Positions 46,405-54,517 of a stretch of DNA of 64,000 nucleotides are shown here, in pieces (within the stretch, counting starts at the first letter, position 1; the number at the start of each line of letters is the position of its first letter). The position numbers and the translations under genes are program-made. The stretch spans positions 5,641-69,640 of the forward strand of contig JAAYOJ010000144.1 in NCBI GenBank assembly GCA_012520405.1, written 5' to 3'. The DNA is from Peptococcaceae bacterium (GTDB lineage: Bacteria; Bacillota; Desulfitobacteriia; Desulfitobacteriales; Syntrophobotulaceae). The notes under the pieces were generated by a model. It was not told the DNA's origin. It made no database searches and saw nothing but the letters and a program-made list of their open reading frames with translations.

Positions 46405-46990
46405 AAATATATTAATCGTCGGCGTAGGAGGGCAAGGAACAATTCTGGCCAGCAGAGTGCTGTCCAGCGTCCTACAAAAGATAGGCTTGGAGGTCAAAGT
46501 ATCAGAGATTCACGGCATGGCCCAGCGGGGAGGAAGCGTAGTAACTCAGGTAAGATATGGCCAAAAGGTTGCTTCCCCTATTATCCCTGAAGGACAAGCC
46601 GATATCATCCTGGCCTTTGAAAAGCTGGAAGCTTTAAGATGGCTGACTTGTTTAAAAGAAGAAGGAATAATCCTGATTAATGACCAGCGTATTGATCCCA
46701 TGCCTGTAATTATTGGAGCCACGGAGTACCCGGACACTTTGGACAATATTCGCCAGAGAACAAAGAATGTACTGGTAATAGATGCTTTAAAGGCAGCACA
46801 AGAAGCCGGCAACGCCAAAACTGTAAATATTGTACTGCTTGGCCTGCTTGCTAAGTTTATGGATATTGATCAAGTTGTCTGGTTAGAGACCATTGAAGAA
46901 ACTGTCCCCCCCAAATTTTTACAAGCAAATCTTAAAGCTTTTAAAGCAGGTTTTGCGACAACAGAAAACTTAAACCTAGGCAAGGACTAG
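46391..46990 (+). CDS. iorB: indolepyruvate:ferredoxin oxidoreductase, beta subunit
   Basis: ILIVGVGGQGTILAS gamma-type domain. Start set to ATG 46391 after GGAAGGTG, overlapping the iorA end. Confidence 0.85.
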   Translation: MGQTKNILIVGVGGQGTILASRVLSSVLQKIGLEVKVSEIHGMAQRGGSVVTQVRYGQKVASPIIPEGQADIILAFEKLEALRWLTCLKEEGIILINDQRIDPMPVIIGATEYPDTLDNIRQRTKNVLVIDALKAAQEAGNAKTVNIVLLGLLAKFMDIDQVVWLETIEETVPPKFLQANLKAFKAGFATTENLNLGKD

Positions 46991-47011
46991 GCTAGGCTAG
47001 AGCTAAGAATT

Positions 47012-47041
47012 AAAAGCAAGCTGTTTCAAGCTTGCTTTTTT
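47012..47041 (+). terminator. terminator between convergent iorB and pcm (potentially bidirectional)
   Basis: Stem AAAAGCAAGCT/AGCTTGCTTTT with a 6-nt loop. A T-run follows on the plus strand and an A-run precedes it. Confidence 0.7.
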
Positions 47042-47064
47042 GCTTTCTTTAAACTTAAAGGGCT

Positions 47065-47715
47065 TTATTTTTTTACTCCGGGTAATATAGGCACAAACCG
47101 GCAATAATCATACCATGTGTCTATATAACCGGCTTTTTCTTCCACCTTTTTTTGTCTTACGCACAAGCGGCATAATCCATTTTCAGTGCTTAAAGGTAAT
47201 ACCAGTTTGCCCCGATCCGCCAACTGATCTAACCAGGCATCTTCAATCTTCGTAGCTTCGGCGGTTACTATAATCCCTTGGTAAGGGGCATTATCCGGAA
47301 AGCCCTTTCTGCCGTCGCCAATAATGCTTACAATATTATTGTAAGAAAGCTGACGGAATACTTCCCTGGACTTAAGGGCCAGCGCCTCAATTCTTTCTAT
47401 CGTAGTAACTTTCATTCCCATTTCCGCCAGCAGGGCAGATTGGTATCCAGATCCAGTTCCTATCTCTAGTACATTATCGCCCTTCTGTAAGCCCAATAAG
47501 TCCGTCATTTTGGCCACAATAAAGGGTTGGGAGATAGTTTGCTCTTCTCCTATGGGCAAAGGAATATCTTCATAACTGTAGGTTCTTAGATCGGGAGGAA
47601 TAAAAAGGTGTCTTGGTATGGCTTTCAGGGCCCCCAGGATATTCTTATTGGCTATACCCTGCGGGGCTATGTTCCTTTCTACTAAAATCGCAGCCTGTTC
47701 ACGCCAATTTTCCAA
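47065..47715 (-). CDS. pcm: protein-L-isoaspartate O-methyltransferase
   Basis: TISQPFIVAKM and VLEIGTGSGYQSA motifs. 216 aa. Confidence 0.9.
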   Translation of the reverse strand: MENWREQAAILVERNIAPQGIANKNILGALKAIPRHLFIPPDLRTYSYEDIPLPIGEEQTISQPFIVAKMTDLLGLQKGDNVLEIGTGSGYQSALLAEMGMKVTTIERIEALALKSREVFRQLSYNNIVSIIGDGRKGFPDNAPYQGIIVTAEATKIEDAWLDQLADRGKLVLPLSTENGLCRLCVRQKKVEEKAGYIDTWYDYCRFVPILPGVKK

Positions 47716-47830
47716 GGAATTTCACTTCTTTCTTTCAAGTTTTACTAATATTTTTATATTACTCTTTTGTTTATTATCCACATATATCATAATCGTTTTC
47801 TTGAAAATAATTTTATTTTTTTGTTTTTTA

Positions 47831-47838
47831 TGTATAAT
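47831..47838 (+). promoter_or_regulatory. extended -10 element (TGTATAAT) upstream of glpK
   Basis: TGnTATAAT lies 52 nt before the glpK ATG. No good -35 element. Confidence 0.4.
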
Positions 47839-47889
47839 GAGTTATAGCAATATTTTTACTCTAATGCACTTAAGATGAGGGAGGCCGAG

Positions 47890-49371
47890 ATGGCAAAATA
47901 TATATTAGCCCTAGATCAGGGGACAACAAGTTCCAGAGCCCTTCTTTTTGACCGTCAAGGCCAGCCTATTGCCAAGGCTCATCAAGAAATAACCCAGATT
48001 TACCCTCATCCCGGATGGGTAGAGCATAACCCAATCGAAATATGGGAAACTCAACTTTATACCGCTCGTCAAGCCATAGAAAGCGCCGGAATAAAACCCG
48101 AAGAAATAATGGCTATAGGTATTGCCAACCAAAGAGAAACTACTGTTATTTGGAACCGCTTCACGGGTAAACCTATCTACAATGCTATCGTTTGGCAATG
48201 TCGTAGAACCTCCGAACTATGTGAAAACAACTTTACGGAAAATATGCGGACTTATATAAGCGAAAATACCGGCTTGTTGGTCGATGCTTATTTTTCCGCT
48301 ACAAAAATCCGGTGGCTTCTGGATAAGATCAATAACGGCCGGCTTTTGGCCCAGCGGGGTGACCTCCTGTTTGGAACGATAGATAGCTGGCTTGTTTGGA
48401 ACTTAACTGGGGGCAAACTCCACATTACGGATTATAGCAACGCCTCCCGTACCATGCTCTATAATATCAGTAATCTTCAATGGGATGATAAGATTTTATC
48501 CTTTTTGGATATTCCTTCCCACATTCTGCCCACTGTTAAGCAATCCAGTGAAATTTACGGAATGACTGATCCCGCCCTTTTCGGAACTGAAATACCTGTA
48601 GCCGGCCTGGCTGGAGATCAACAGGCTTCATTATTCGGCCACACTTGTTTTGAAGAAGGGATGGTTAAAAATACTTATGGCACAGGTTGCTTTGCCTTGA
48701 TGCAAACAGGCAACAAATTCGTCCGGTCTTCTCATAAGCTATTAACGACCATAGCTTGGGGTTTAGAAGATAAAATTAGCTATGCTCTAGAAGGTAGCGT
48801 CTTTATAGGGGGAGCTGTTATTCAGTGGCTAAGAGATGAACTCGGCCTACTGCATAGTTTTGAAGAAAGTGAAGAATATGCATCTCAAGTGCCCGACACC
48901 AATGGCGTATATTTTGTGCCTGCTTTTGTTGGGCTCGGTGCTCCTTATTGGAATATGAACGCTAAAGGAATTATCACCGGTCTTACACGAGGGACTAACC
49001 GCAAACATATAATTAGAGCAGCTTTAGAAAGTATTGCTTTTCAAACCAATGATGTACTTTCGGTTATGCAAAAAGACACAAACATTCCTGTTAAAACCTT
49101 GCGAGTAGATGGCGGAGCGACTAGTAATAAATTTTTAATGCAATTTCAAGCCGACATATCTTCCACTTCTGTTCAACCCGCCCCAGTAGCGGAAGTAACT
49201 GCTCTAGGAGCAGCTTATTTGGCAGGGTTAGCTAGCGGTTTTTGGAAAAATAAAAACGAATTGCCCTCCTTTTCCCGAGCTAGTCATACCTATCATCCCG
49301 CTATTTCTTCATCTTCGCGGGAAAAGCATCTTAATAACTGGTTTAAAGCTGTCAAACAAGCTATTATATAA
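47890..49371 (+). CDS. glpK: glycerol kinase
   Basis: MAKYILALDQGTTSSR, GDQQASLFG and FGGK family motifs. ATG 47890 lies 5 nt after GAGGGAGG. Confidence 0.96.
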   Translation: MAKYILALDQGTTSSRALLFDRQGQPIAKAHQEITQIYPHPGWVEHNPIEIWETQLYTARQAIESAGIKPEEIMAIGIANQRETTVIWNRFTGKPIYNAIVWQCRRTSELCENNFTENMRTYISENTGLLVDAYFSATKIRWLLDKINNGRLLAQRGDLLFGTIDSWLVWNLTGGKLHITDYSNASRTMLYNISNLQWDDKILSFLDIPSHILPTVKQSSEIYGMTDPALFGTEIPVAGLAGDQQASLFGHTCFEEGMVKNTYGTGCFALMQTGNKFVRSSHKLLTTIAWGLEDKISYALEGSVFIGGAVIQWLRDELGLLHSFEESEEYASQVPDTNGVYFVPAFVGLGAPYWNMNAKGIITGLTRGTNRKHIIRAALESIAFQTNDVLSVMQKDTNIPVKTLRVDGGATSNKFLMQFQADISSTSVQPAPVAEVTALGAAYLAGLASGFWKNKNELPSFSRASHTYHPAISSSSREKHLNNWFKAVKQAII

Positions 49372-49403
49372 ACTTTTATTATATTGCAAAGTTGGAATTA
49401 ACA

Positions 49404-50123
49404 ATGGAACAACTGAAAATTGGCGATATTTCTATTGAGTATGAACTTTATAGAAGCAAAAAGGCCAAAAAAGTATGTCTCACCATAAAAAACAAAAGAG
49501 TTAGAGTCGCAGTACCTCAGGAACTACCTTTGGAGTACGCCAAAGATTTTGTGGAGAAAAATAAAGAATGGATATTAGAACACTATCGAAAACAAAGTTC
49601 TAAAACACAGAACCTGCCTAAAAAATATTTGCCTGGAGACAAACTTTTTTATCGCGGAAGAAATTATCCTCTTAAGTATGTAGAGACTTCTAATTCCAAA
49701 CACTACGCCCAATTCATCGGAAGCCGCATTCTAGTCTATGTGCCCCCTGGCTTAGAACCCGAAAAGAGAAGCGACTTAGGGAAAACATTAATCGAGCAGT
49801 GGTATAGGGACCAGGCAGAAAAAATCCTTTCCGAGCAAGTACATTATTATGCAAAGAAGCTTGATATTTCCTTTAACAAATTGAAAATTAAAGACCAAAA
49901 AACCAGGTGGGGAAGCTGTTCCACTAAAGGAAATATAAACCTCAACTGGCGCATAATTATGGCTCCTAACCAAGTCATAGCTTATGTCATAATTCATGAA
50001 TTAACTCACTTAATATATATGAATCACTCTACAGAATTTTGGAAAAGAGTAGAGCAGTATATGCCTGATTACAGGAAGTGGAAAAAATGGTTAGATGATA
50101 ACGGAAACCAGCTATTTATATAG
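49404..50123 (+). CDS. M48-family metallopeptidase (YgjP/DUF45-like)
   Basis: WGSCS...IIHELTHLIYMNHSTEFW zinc motif. The start is either ATG 49404 or TTG 49392. Confidence 0.8.
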   Translation: MEQLKIGDISIEYELYRSKKAKKVCLTIKNKRVRVAVPQELPLEYAKDFVEKNKEWILEHYRKQSSKTQNLPKKYLPGDKLFYRGRNYPLKYVETSNSKHYAQFIGSRILVYVPPGLEPEKRSDLGKTLIEQWYRDQAEKILSEQVHYYAKKLDISFNKLKIKDQKTRWGSCSTKGNINLNWRIIMAPNQVIAYVIIHELTHLIYMNHSTEFWKRVEQYMPDYRKWKKWLDDNGNQLFI

Positions 50124-50150
50124 CATTTCACATAATTAAACAAATAATTA

Positions 50151-50197
50151 AACACCCTTAGCCCGCGACTAGCAGGCCGGCAAGGGTGTTTGTTATT
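50151..50197 (+). terminator. hairpin between the convergent M48 peptidase gene and tatD
   Basis: 9-bp stem AACACCCTT/AAGGGTGTT around a 22-nt GC-rich loop, followed by TGTTATT. Confidence 0.5.
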
Positions 50198-50225
50198 ATA
50201 CGGAGATTAATTTTTACAGTTCAGA

Positions 50226-50993
50226 CTATTTTGTAATTCCAAATAAGCGCTTGGAATTTTCTACGGCCAGGGAGGCTGTCTCTTCAGGGGAAAGGCCTTT
50301 AAGTTCAGCAATTTTATTTAAAACCTGCCAGGCATATAGGGGTTCGTTGCGTTTTCCTCGGTAGGGTTCAGGAGTAAGATAGGGGCAGTCTGTTTCTACC
50401 ACAAATCTGTCTTCAGGAACATTGGCCGCTACTTCTGCTGTCTTGCGGTTGTTCTTGAAGGTCAGCGGTCCGGAAAAGGACAAATAGAAACCCAGGGACA
50501 GCAATTCTTTAGCCATCTCCCAAGATCCGGAATAAGAATGAAAGACACCTCCCGCTTGGGGAGTATGTTTTTTTATAATCTCAAGAATATCCCCGTGAGC
50601 ATCTCTGTCGTGAATAACCACCGGCAAGCCCATCTCATCCGCTAACTCCAGCTGGCGAATAAAAACTTTGCGCTGAACGTCTCTAGGAGATAAATCCCGA
50701 TAATAATCTAAGCCTATTTCTCCCCAGGCCACTACCTTGGGGTTTTGAGCTAACCTGCTTAAGCGAGCCCAAGTTTCATCGCTACAGTCTTTGGCATAGT
50801 GGGGATGTACCCCTACCGTGGCATAGATAAATGGATACTTCTGAGCCAGATTTACCGACTGCCGGGAGGTAGATTCCGAAGCTCCAATATTAATAATGGT
50901 TGTTACCTCGCCTTGCCTGGCTCTTTCTATAACTTTTTCCCTGTCCGCATTAAACTGGCTGTCGTCCAGGTGAGCATGGGTATCCCAAATCAT
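50226..50993 (-). CDS. tatD: TatD-family metal-dependent DNase/hydrolase
   Basis: Starts MIWDTHAHLDD and contains ...VGVHP...GEIGLDY...VIHDRDAH. ATGA overlap with metG. Confidence 0.93.
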   Translation of the reverse strand: MIWDTHAHLDDSQFNADREKVIERARQGEVTTIINIGASESTSRQSVNLAQKYPFIYATVGVHPHYAKDCSDETWARLSRLAQNPKVVAWGEIGLDYYRDLSPRDVQRKVFIRQLELADEMGLPVVIHDRDAHGDILEIIKKHTPQAGGVFHSYSGSWEMAKELLSLGFYLSFSGPLTFKNNRKTAEVAANVPEDRFVVETDCPYLTPEPYRGKRNEPLYAWQVLNKIAELKGLSPEETASLAVENSKRLFGITK

Positions 50994-52945
50994 TTGACTT
51001 GCGCCCCTGTAGGAATATCTTTGCTCAAGGAAAGCACTTCAAGCAGTTCTCCCTGGGATGCAGCCAGAATCATCCCTTGAGAAACAATTCCCCGCAGCTT
51101 AGCCGGTTTTAAGTTGGCCACTAGAATTACCTTTTTGCCCACTAACTCTTCAGGCTTATAATGAAGAGCTATTCCAGAGACTATAGTTCTTATCTCTTGA
51201 CCCATTTCCACCTTGAGTTTAAGAAGTTTGTCGGTCTTTTCTACTTTCTCTGCTTCCAAAACCTTAACAACTCTTAAATCCAGCTTGGAGAATTCTTCAA
51301 TGCTTATTTCTTCCTTTAGTTCCGGCATAGCCTGGGATTTTACTTGCGCTTTTTGCTCCTTAGACGCTTCCGTCATCTGCTCGGCAGCCTGCTCAGGTGG
51401 ATTTTCAGCCATTAAGGCCGCTACATCTATTCTTGGAAAAATAGGCTCTCCTTTTTGAACATGTGTACCGGGCTGCAATACTCCCCATTGATCGGCCTGA
51501 TCCCAATCACTGAAAAGGTCCTGGTTATTAAGCAACGGTTTTATTTTTTCCGGGACACCAGGCATAAAAGGAGCGCAAAAAATTCCCAAGATCCTTATGC
51601 ACTCTGTAAAAGTATAGAGAACAGTATTGAGCCTGTCTCTGCTGGCAGGATCTTTAGCCAGATTCCAAGGTGTAGTCTCATCCACGTATTTATTGCAGCG
51701 ACTGACGAATTGCCAGACGAACTCTAAAGCAGCAGCTGGGTCACAAGCAAGCATTTTATCTTCCACCGCCTGCTTTACACTACTGCTAAGCTCTTTCAAT
51801 TCTTTTTCTAATTCTGTATCTTGTCCCGGAACAGGAATTTTGCCGTCATTATACTTGACAATCATAGCCAAAGTTCTAGACACAAAGTTACCAAGATCGT
51901 TAGCTAAATCGCTGTTGATTTTTTCCACTAAATCATCTTCAGAATAATACCCGTCCACACCCCACTGCATTTCTTTCAATAGAAAATAACGGATGGCGTC
52001 AGAACCATAGCGGCGGATAAGTTCGAAAGAATCTTGGACATTGCCGCGTGATTTGGAGATTTTTCCCCCTTCCCGCGACAAGTACCAGCCATGCCCGAAT
52101 ACTTTTTTGGGAAGCGGAATATCTAAGGCCATAAGAGTTATGGGCCAGATAATGGAATGGAAACGCACAATATCCTTACCCATGAGGTGTACATCTGCCG
52201 GCCAATACTTTTTATATTTTTCGCCGTCAGGATAGCCCAAGGCAGAAATATAGTTAATTAAGGCATCAAGCCAGACATAGACAACATGTTTGGGGTCAAA
52301 GGGCACTTTAATGCCCCATTTAAAAGTGGTACGGGACACACAAAGATCTTCCAGACCGCCTTCAATAAACTTAATCATTTCATTTCGCCGGGAAGCGGGT
52401 TGGATAAAATCCGGATTCTCCTGGATATAGCTCAAGAGCCGATCCTGGTATTTCGATAATTTAAAAAAATAGCTTTCTTCCTTTAATAGCTCTACCTCGC
52501 GTCCACAGTCGGGATTGGGACATTTGCCGTCAGCAAGTTTATTCTGGGTCCAGAAAGTTTCACAGGGTGTGCAGTACCAGCCTTCATATTCAGACTTATA
52601 TATATCACCCTGCTCATAAAGACGGTTAAAGATGTTTTGTACTACTTTTTCATGTCTTTCTTCCGTTGTTCTGATAAAATCGTCATTAGATATATTCAGC
52701 AGTTTCCAAAGTTCTCTAAACTTTTCAACAATGCCGTCTACATAACTATGGGGATCCATATTGCAGCTTTCGGCTGTCCTGATAATCTTTTGCGCATTTT
52801 CATCGGTTCCTGTAAGGAAGAAAACATCGTCGCCCTTCATTCTGCGCAGGCGAGCTATAGCATCGGCAGCTATTGTGGTATAGGCAGTGCCGATATGCGG
52901 GCTGGAATTAGGATAATAAATCGGTGTAGTAATGTAATATTTCAT
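50990..52945 (-). CDS. metG: methionine--tRNA ligase with C-terminal tRNA-binding (EMAP/Trbp111-like) domain
   Basis: PIYYPNSSPHIGTAYT (HIGH), a zinc knuckle CxxC...CxxC, KISKS (KMSKS), and a C-terminal FSKLDLRVVKVLEAEKV domain. ATG 52945 lies 9 nt after GAGGAG. Confidence 0.96.
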   Translation of the reverse strand: MKYYITTPIYYPNSSPHIGTAYTTIAADAIARLRRMKGDDVFFLTGTDENAQKIIRTAESCNMDPHSYVDGIVEKFRELWKLLNISNDDFIRTTEERHEKVVQNIFNRLYEQGDIYKSEYEGWYCTPCETFWTQNKLADGKCPNPDCGREVELLKEESYFFKLSKYQDRLLSYIQENPDFIQPASRRNEMIKFIEGGLEDLCVSRTTFKWGIKVPFDPKHVVYVWLDALINYISALGYPDGEKYKKYWPADVHLMGKDIVRFHSIIWPITLMALDIPLPKKVFGHGWYLSREGGKISKSRGNVQDSFELIRRYGSDAIRYFLLKEMQWGVDGYYSEDDLVEKINSDLANDLGNFVSRTLAMIVKYNDGKIPVPGQDTELEKELKELSSSVKQAVEDKMLACDPAAALEFVWQFVSRCNKYVDETTPWNLAKDPASRDRLNTVLYTFTECIRILGIFCAPFMPGVPEKIKPLLNNQDLFSDWDQADQWGVLQPGTHVQKGEPIFPRIDVAALMAENPPEQAAEQMTEASKEQKAQVKSQAMPELKEEISIEEFSKLDLRVVKVLEAEKVEKTDKLLKLKVEMGQEIRTIVSGIALHYKPEELVGKKVILVANLKPAKLRGIVSQGMILAASQGELLEVLSLSKDIPTGAQVK

Positions 52946-53016
52946 AGGGTACAACTCCTCGTATAATATTTTTAAAAATATTTATCGAACATCCAATTGA
53001 GTTGGTGTGCTTAGCC

Positions 53017-53033
53017 AAGTACTCCTAGTACTT
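53017..53033 (-). other. perfect 7-bp hairpin at the predicted 5' end of the metG transcript
   Basis: AAGTACT-AGG-AGTACTT begins about 6 nt after the -10 element of the metG promoter. Confidence 0.4.
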
Positions 53034-53038
53034 CATTT

Positions 53039-53068
53039 AATATAGGGAAAAGTATTCATTATTGTCAA
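53039..53068 (-). promoter_or_regulatory. sigma-A-type promoter of metG
   Basis: On the minus strand, TTGACA (53068..53063) - 18 nt - TATATT (53044..53039). Confidence 0.55.
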
Positions 53069-53177
53069 GTTTTGTACCATAATTTTTCCCCAATTGTAGT
53101 CAAACTAAAATAACTTGTTTGCCAAGTTAAAAGATATTACTTATATGCTTCACAATAAATTTTATATAACTTTTCTA

Positions 53178-53222
53178 TTGACTTTTAAAGGCATTATTGG
53201 TAACATAAGGATGTTATATAAT
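53178..53222 (+). promoter_or_regulatory. abrB promoter region (two candidate -10 elements)
   Basis: TTGACT (53178-53183) - 17 nt - TAACAT (53201-53206). A perfect TATAAT is at 53217-53222. Confidence 0.5.
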
Positions 53223-53228
53223 GTCGAA
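53222..53228 (+). promoter_or_regulatory. consensus Spo0A box (TGTCGAA) overlapping the abrB -10/start region
   Basis: Exact TGTCGAA begins at the last base of the TATAAT, 26 nt upstream of the abrB TTG start. Confidence 0.55.
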
Positions 53229-53253
53229 ATATGTTGGAGAAAGGAGTATCAAC

Positions 53254-53523
53254 TTGAAATCTACAGGAATCGTTAGAAAGGTTGACGAGTTAGGGCGCGT
53301 TGTATTACCGATCGAACTTCGCAGAACACTTGGAATTGACGAGAAAGACGCTCTGGAAATATATGTAGATGAGGATAAGATTATCCTTAAGAAATATGAG
53401 CCCGCCTGTGTCTTTTGTGGAAACGCCTCAAATGTCCACCTTTTCCATGGCAAGAATGTATGTCAGACCTGTGCAGCTGCCATGGCGGAAGTAGCTGCAG
53501 TTTCAGAAGCTAAAATTAGCTAA
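53254..53523 (+). CDS. abrB: transition-state regulator AbrB (clostridial type with Cys4 tail)
   Basis: Starts MKSTGIVRKVDELGRVVLPIELRRTLGIDEKDALEIYVD. TTG start 7 nt after AAGGAG. The only plus-strand gene in this stretch, as in B. subtilis. Confidence 0.92.
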   Translation: MKSTGIVRKVDELGRVVLPIELRRTLGIDEKDALEIYVDEDKIILKKYEPACVFCGNASNVHLFHGKNVCQTCAAAMAEVAAVSEAKIS

Positions 53524-53559
53524 ACATTAAACATAACCAGAAAGAAAACCATTTTATTT

Positions 53560-53597
53560 GACGGAAGGTACACTAAGCTACCCTCCGTCATTTTTTT
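53560..53597 (+). terminator. intrinsic terminator downstream of abrB
   Basis: Stem GACGGAAGGTA/TACCCTCCGTC (one mismatch) with an 8-nt loop, followed by a T7 run. Confidence 0.8.
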
Positions 53598-53618
53598 ATG
53601 TTTTTTGTTTTCTTTCAG

Positions 53619-54473
53619 CTATGTAACCTCTCTTCCTTTTTCTTTCTCTGCTATGCTGGCCTTATATAATTCCCTTTTGTATATTCCATATTTTTGGGCT
53701 GCCTTTTTCATGGCCTCTTTTCTGGCAATTCCTTGGGATTCAAGCCTTTGCATTTCCTCTAACCAATCAGAGGGCTCTCCCTTGGAAATGTTTTCTTTAG
53801 CCGGCGCCAATATTAAACAACATTCTCCTTTAGGAGGTTCGGCTTGAAACTGAACTAACAATTCACTGACTAATCCTTTATGTACAGTCTGATGAATTTT
53901 GGTTAGTTCTCTAACCACTGCCGCCTGGCGGTCTCCCAAGATCTCAAGAATATCATTCAAGGTTTTAGTTATTTTATGAGGAGCTTCATAAAAAAGAAAA
54001 GTAGTAAAATAAGGCTTAATATTTTCCAGCTTTTTTCTTCGTTCCCCTTTAACAGCAGGTAGAAAGCCCATAAAAAGAAAACTGTCCGTCGGCATTCCGG
54101 AAAGTACCAGGGCTGTGATAGCCGCATTGGGGCCGGGTAAAACGTCAATCTTAATATCTTGTTCCTGGCACATTCTGATTAAAATCTGCCCCGGATCGGA
54201 TATGCCAGGCATGCCGGCGTCAGAAATAAGAGCACAGTTTTCACCTTGATCTAGTCTAGTAATAATCTCTGGGGCGCGTTGCTTTTCATTATGTTGATGA
54301 TAGCTAAGCATAGGCGTTTTAATCCCATAATGGTCAAGAAGTTTTTTGGAATGCCTCGTGTCCTCCGCCGCAATAAAATCAACCTGCTTAAGTGTTTCCA
54401 GCACTCTTATGGTAATATCGCCTAAATTACCAATAGGAGTTGCACAAATATATAAAGTTCCTTTTTCAGGCAT
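53619..54473 (-). CDS. rsmI: 16S rRNA (cytidine1402-2'-O)-methyltransferase
   Basis: LYICATPIGNLGDIT and AEDTRHS motifs of the RsmI/YabC tetrapyrrole-methylase fold. Confidence 0.92.
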   Translation of the reverse strand: MPEKGTLYICATPIGNLGDITIRVLETLKQVDFIAAEDTRHSKKLLDHYGIKTPMLSYHQHNEKQRAPEIITRLDQGENCALISDAGMPGISDPGQILIRMCQEQDIKIDVLPGPNAAITALVLSGMPTDSFLFMGFLPAVKGERRKKLENIKPYFTTFLFYEAPHKITKTLNDILEILGDRQAAVVRELTKIHQTVHKGLVSELLVQFQAEPPKGECCLILAPAKENISKGEPSDWLEEMQRLESQGIARKEAMKKAAQKYGIYKRELYKASIAEKEKGREVT

Positions 54474-54517
54474 TATTTACCTCCAAGCCAGACACTCCAA
54501 CAAACTAGACAGGCCAA

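Noticed and set aside
44626-46990. iorAB (and nifJ at 58402..61938) as something unusual.
   Set aside because: These are standard 2-oxoacid:ferredoxin oxidoreductases of anaerobic Firmicutes with canonical motifs. Only their genomic placement is notable.
36683-50225. Mobile-element boundaries (att sites, integrase, transposase, tRNA) for the rnmV-tatD insertion.
   Set aside because: None were found on either strand by eye, so the region cannot be called a mobile element from this sequence.
52965-52982. 18-nt perfect palindrome AATATTTTTAAAAATATT just upstream of the metG RBS.
   Set aside because: It is pure A/T sequence in an AT-rich leader, so such palindromes arise easily by chance. There are no supporting copies elsewhere in the window.
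52955-53220. Possible T-box or other riboswitch in the 266-nt metG/abrB intergenic region.
   Set aside because: After placing the metG promoter, the leader is only about 90 nt. It lacks a T-box sequence, a specifier loop and a terminator/antiterminator pair.
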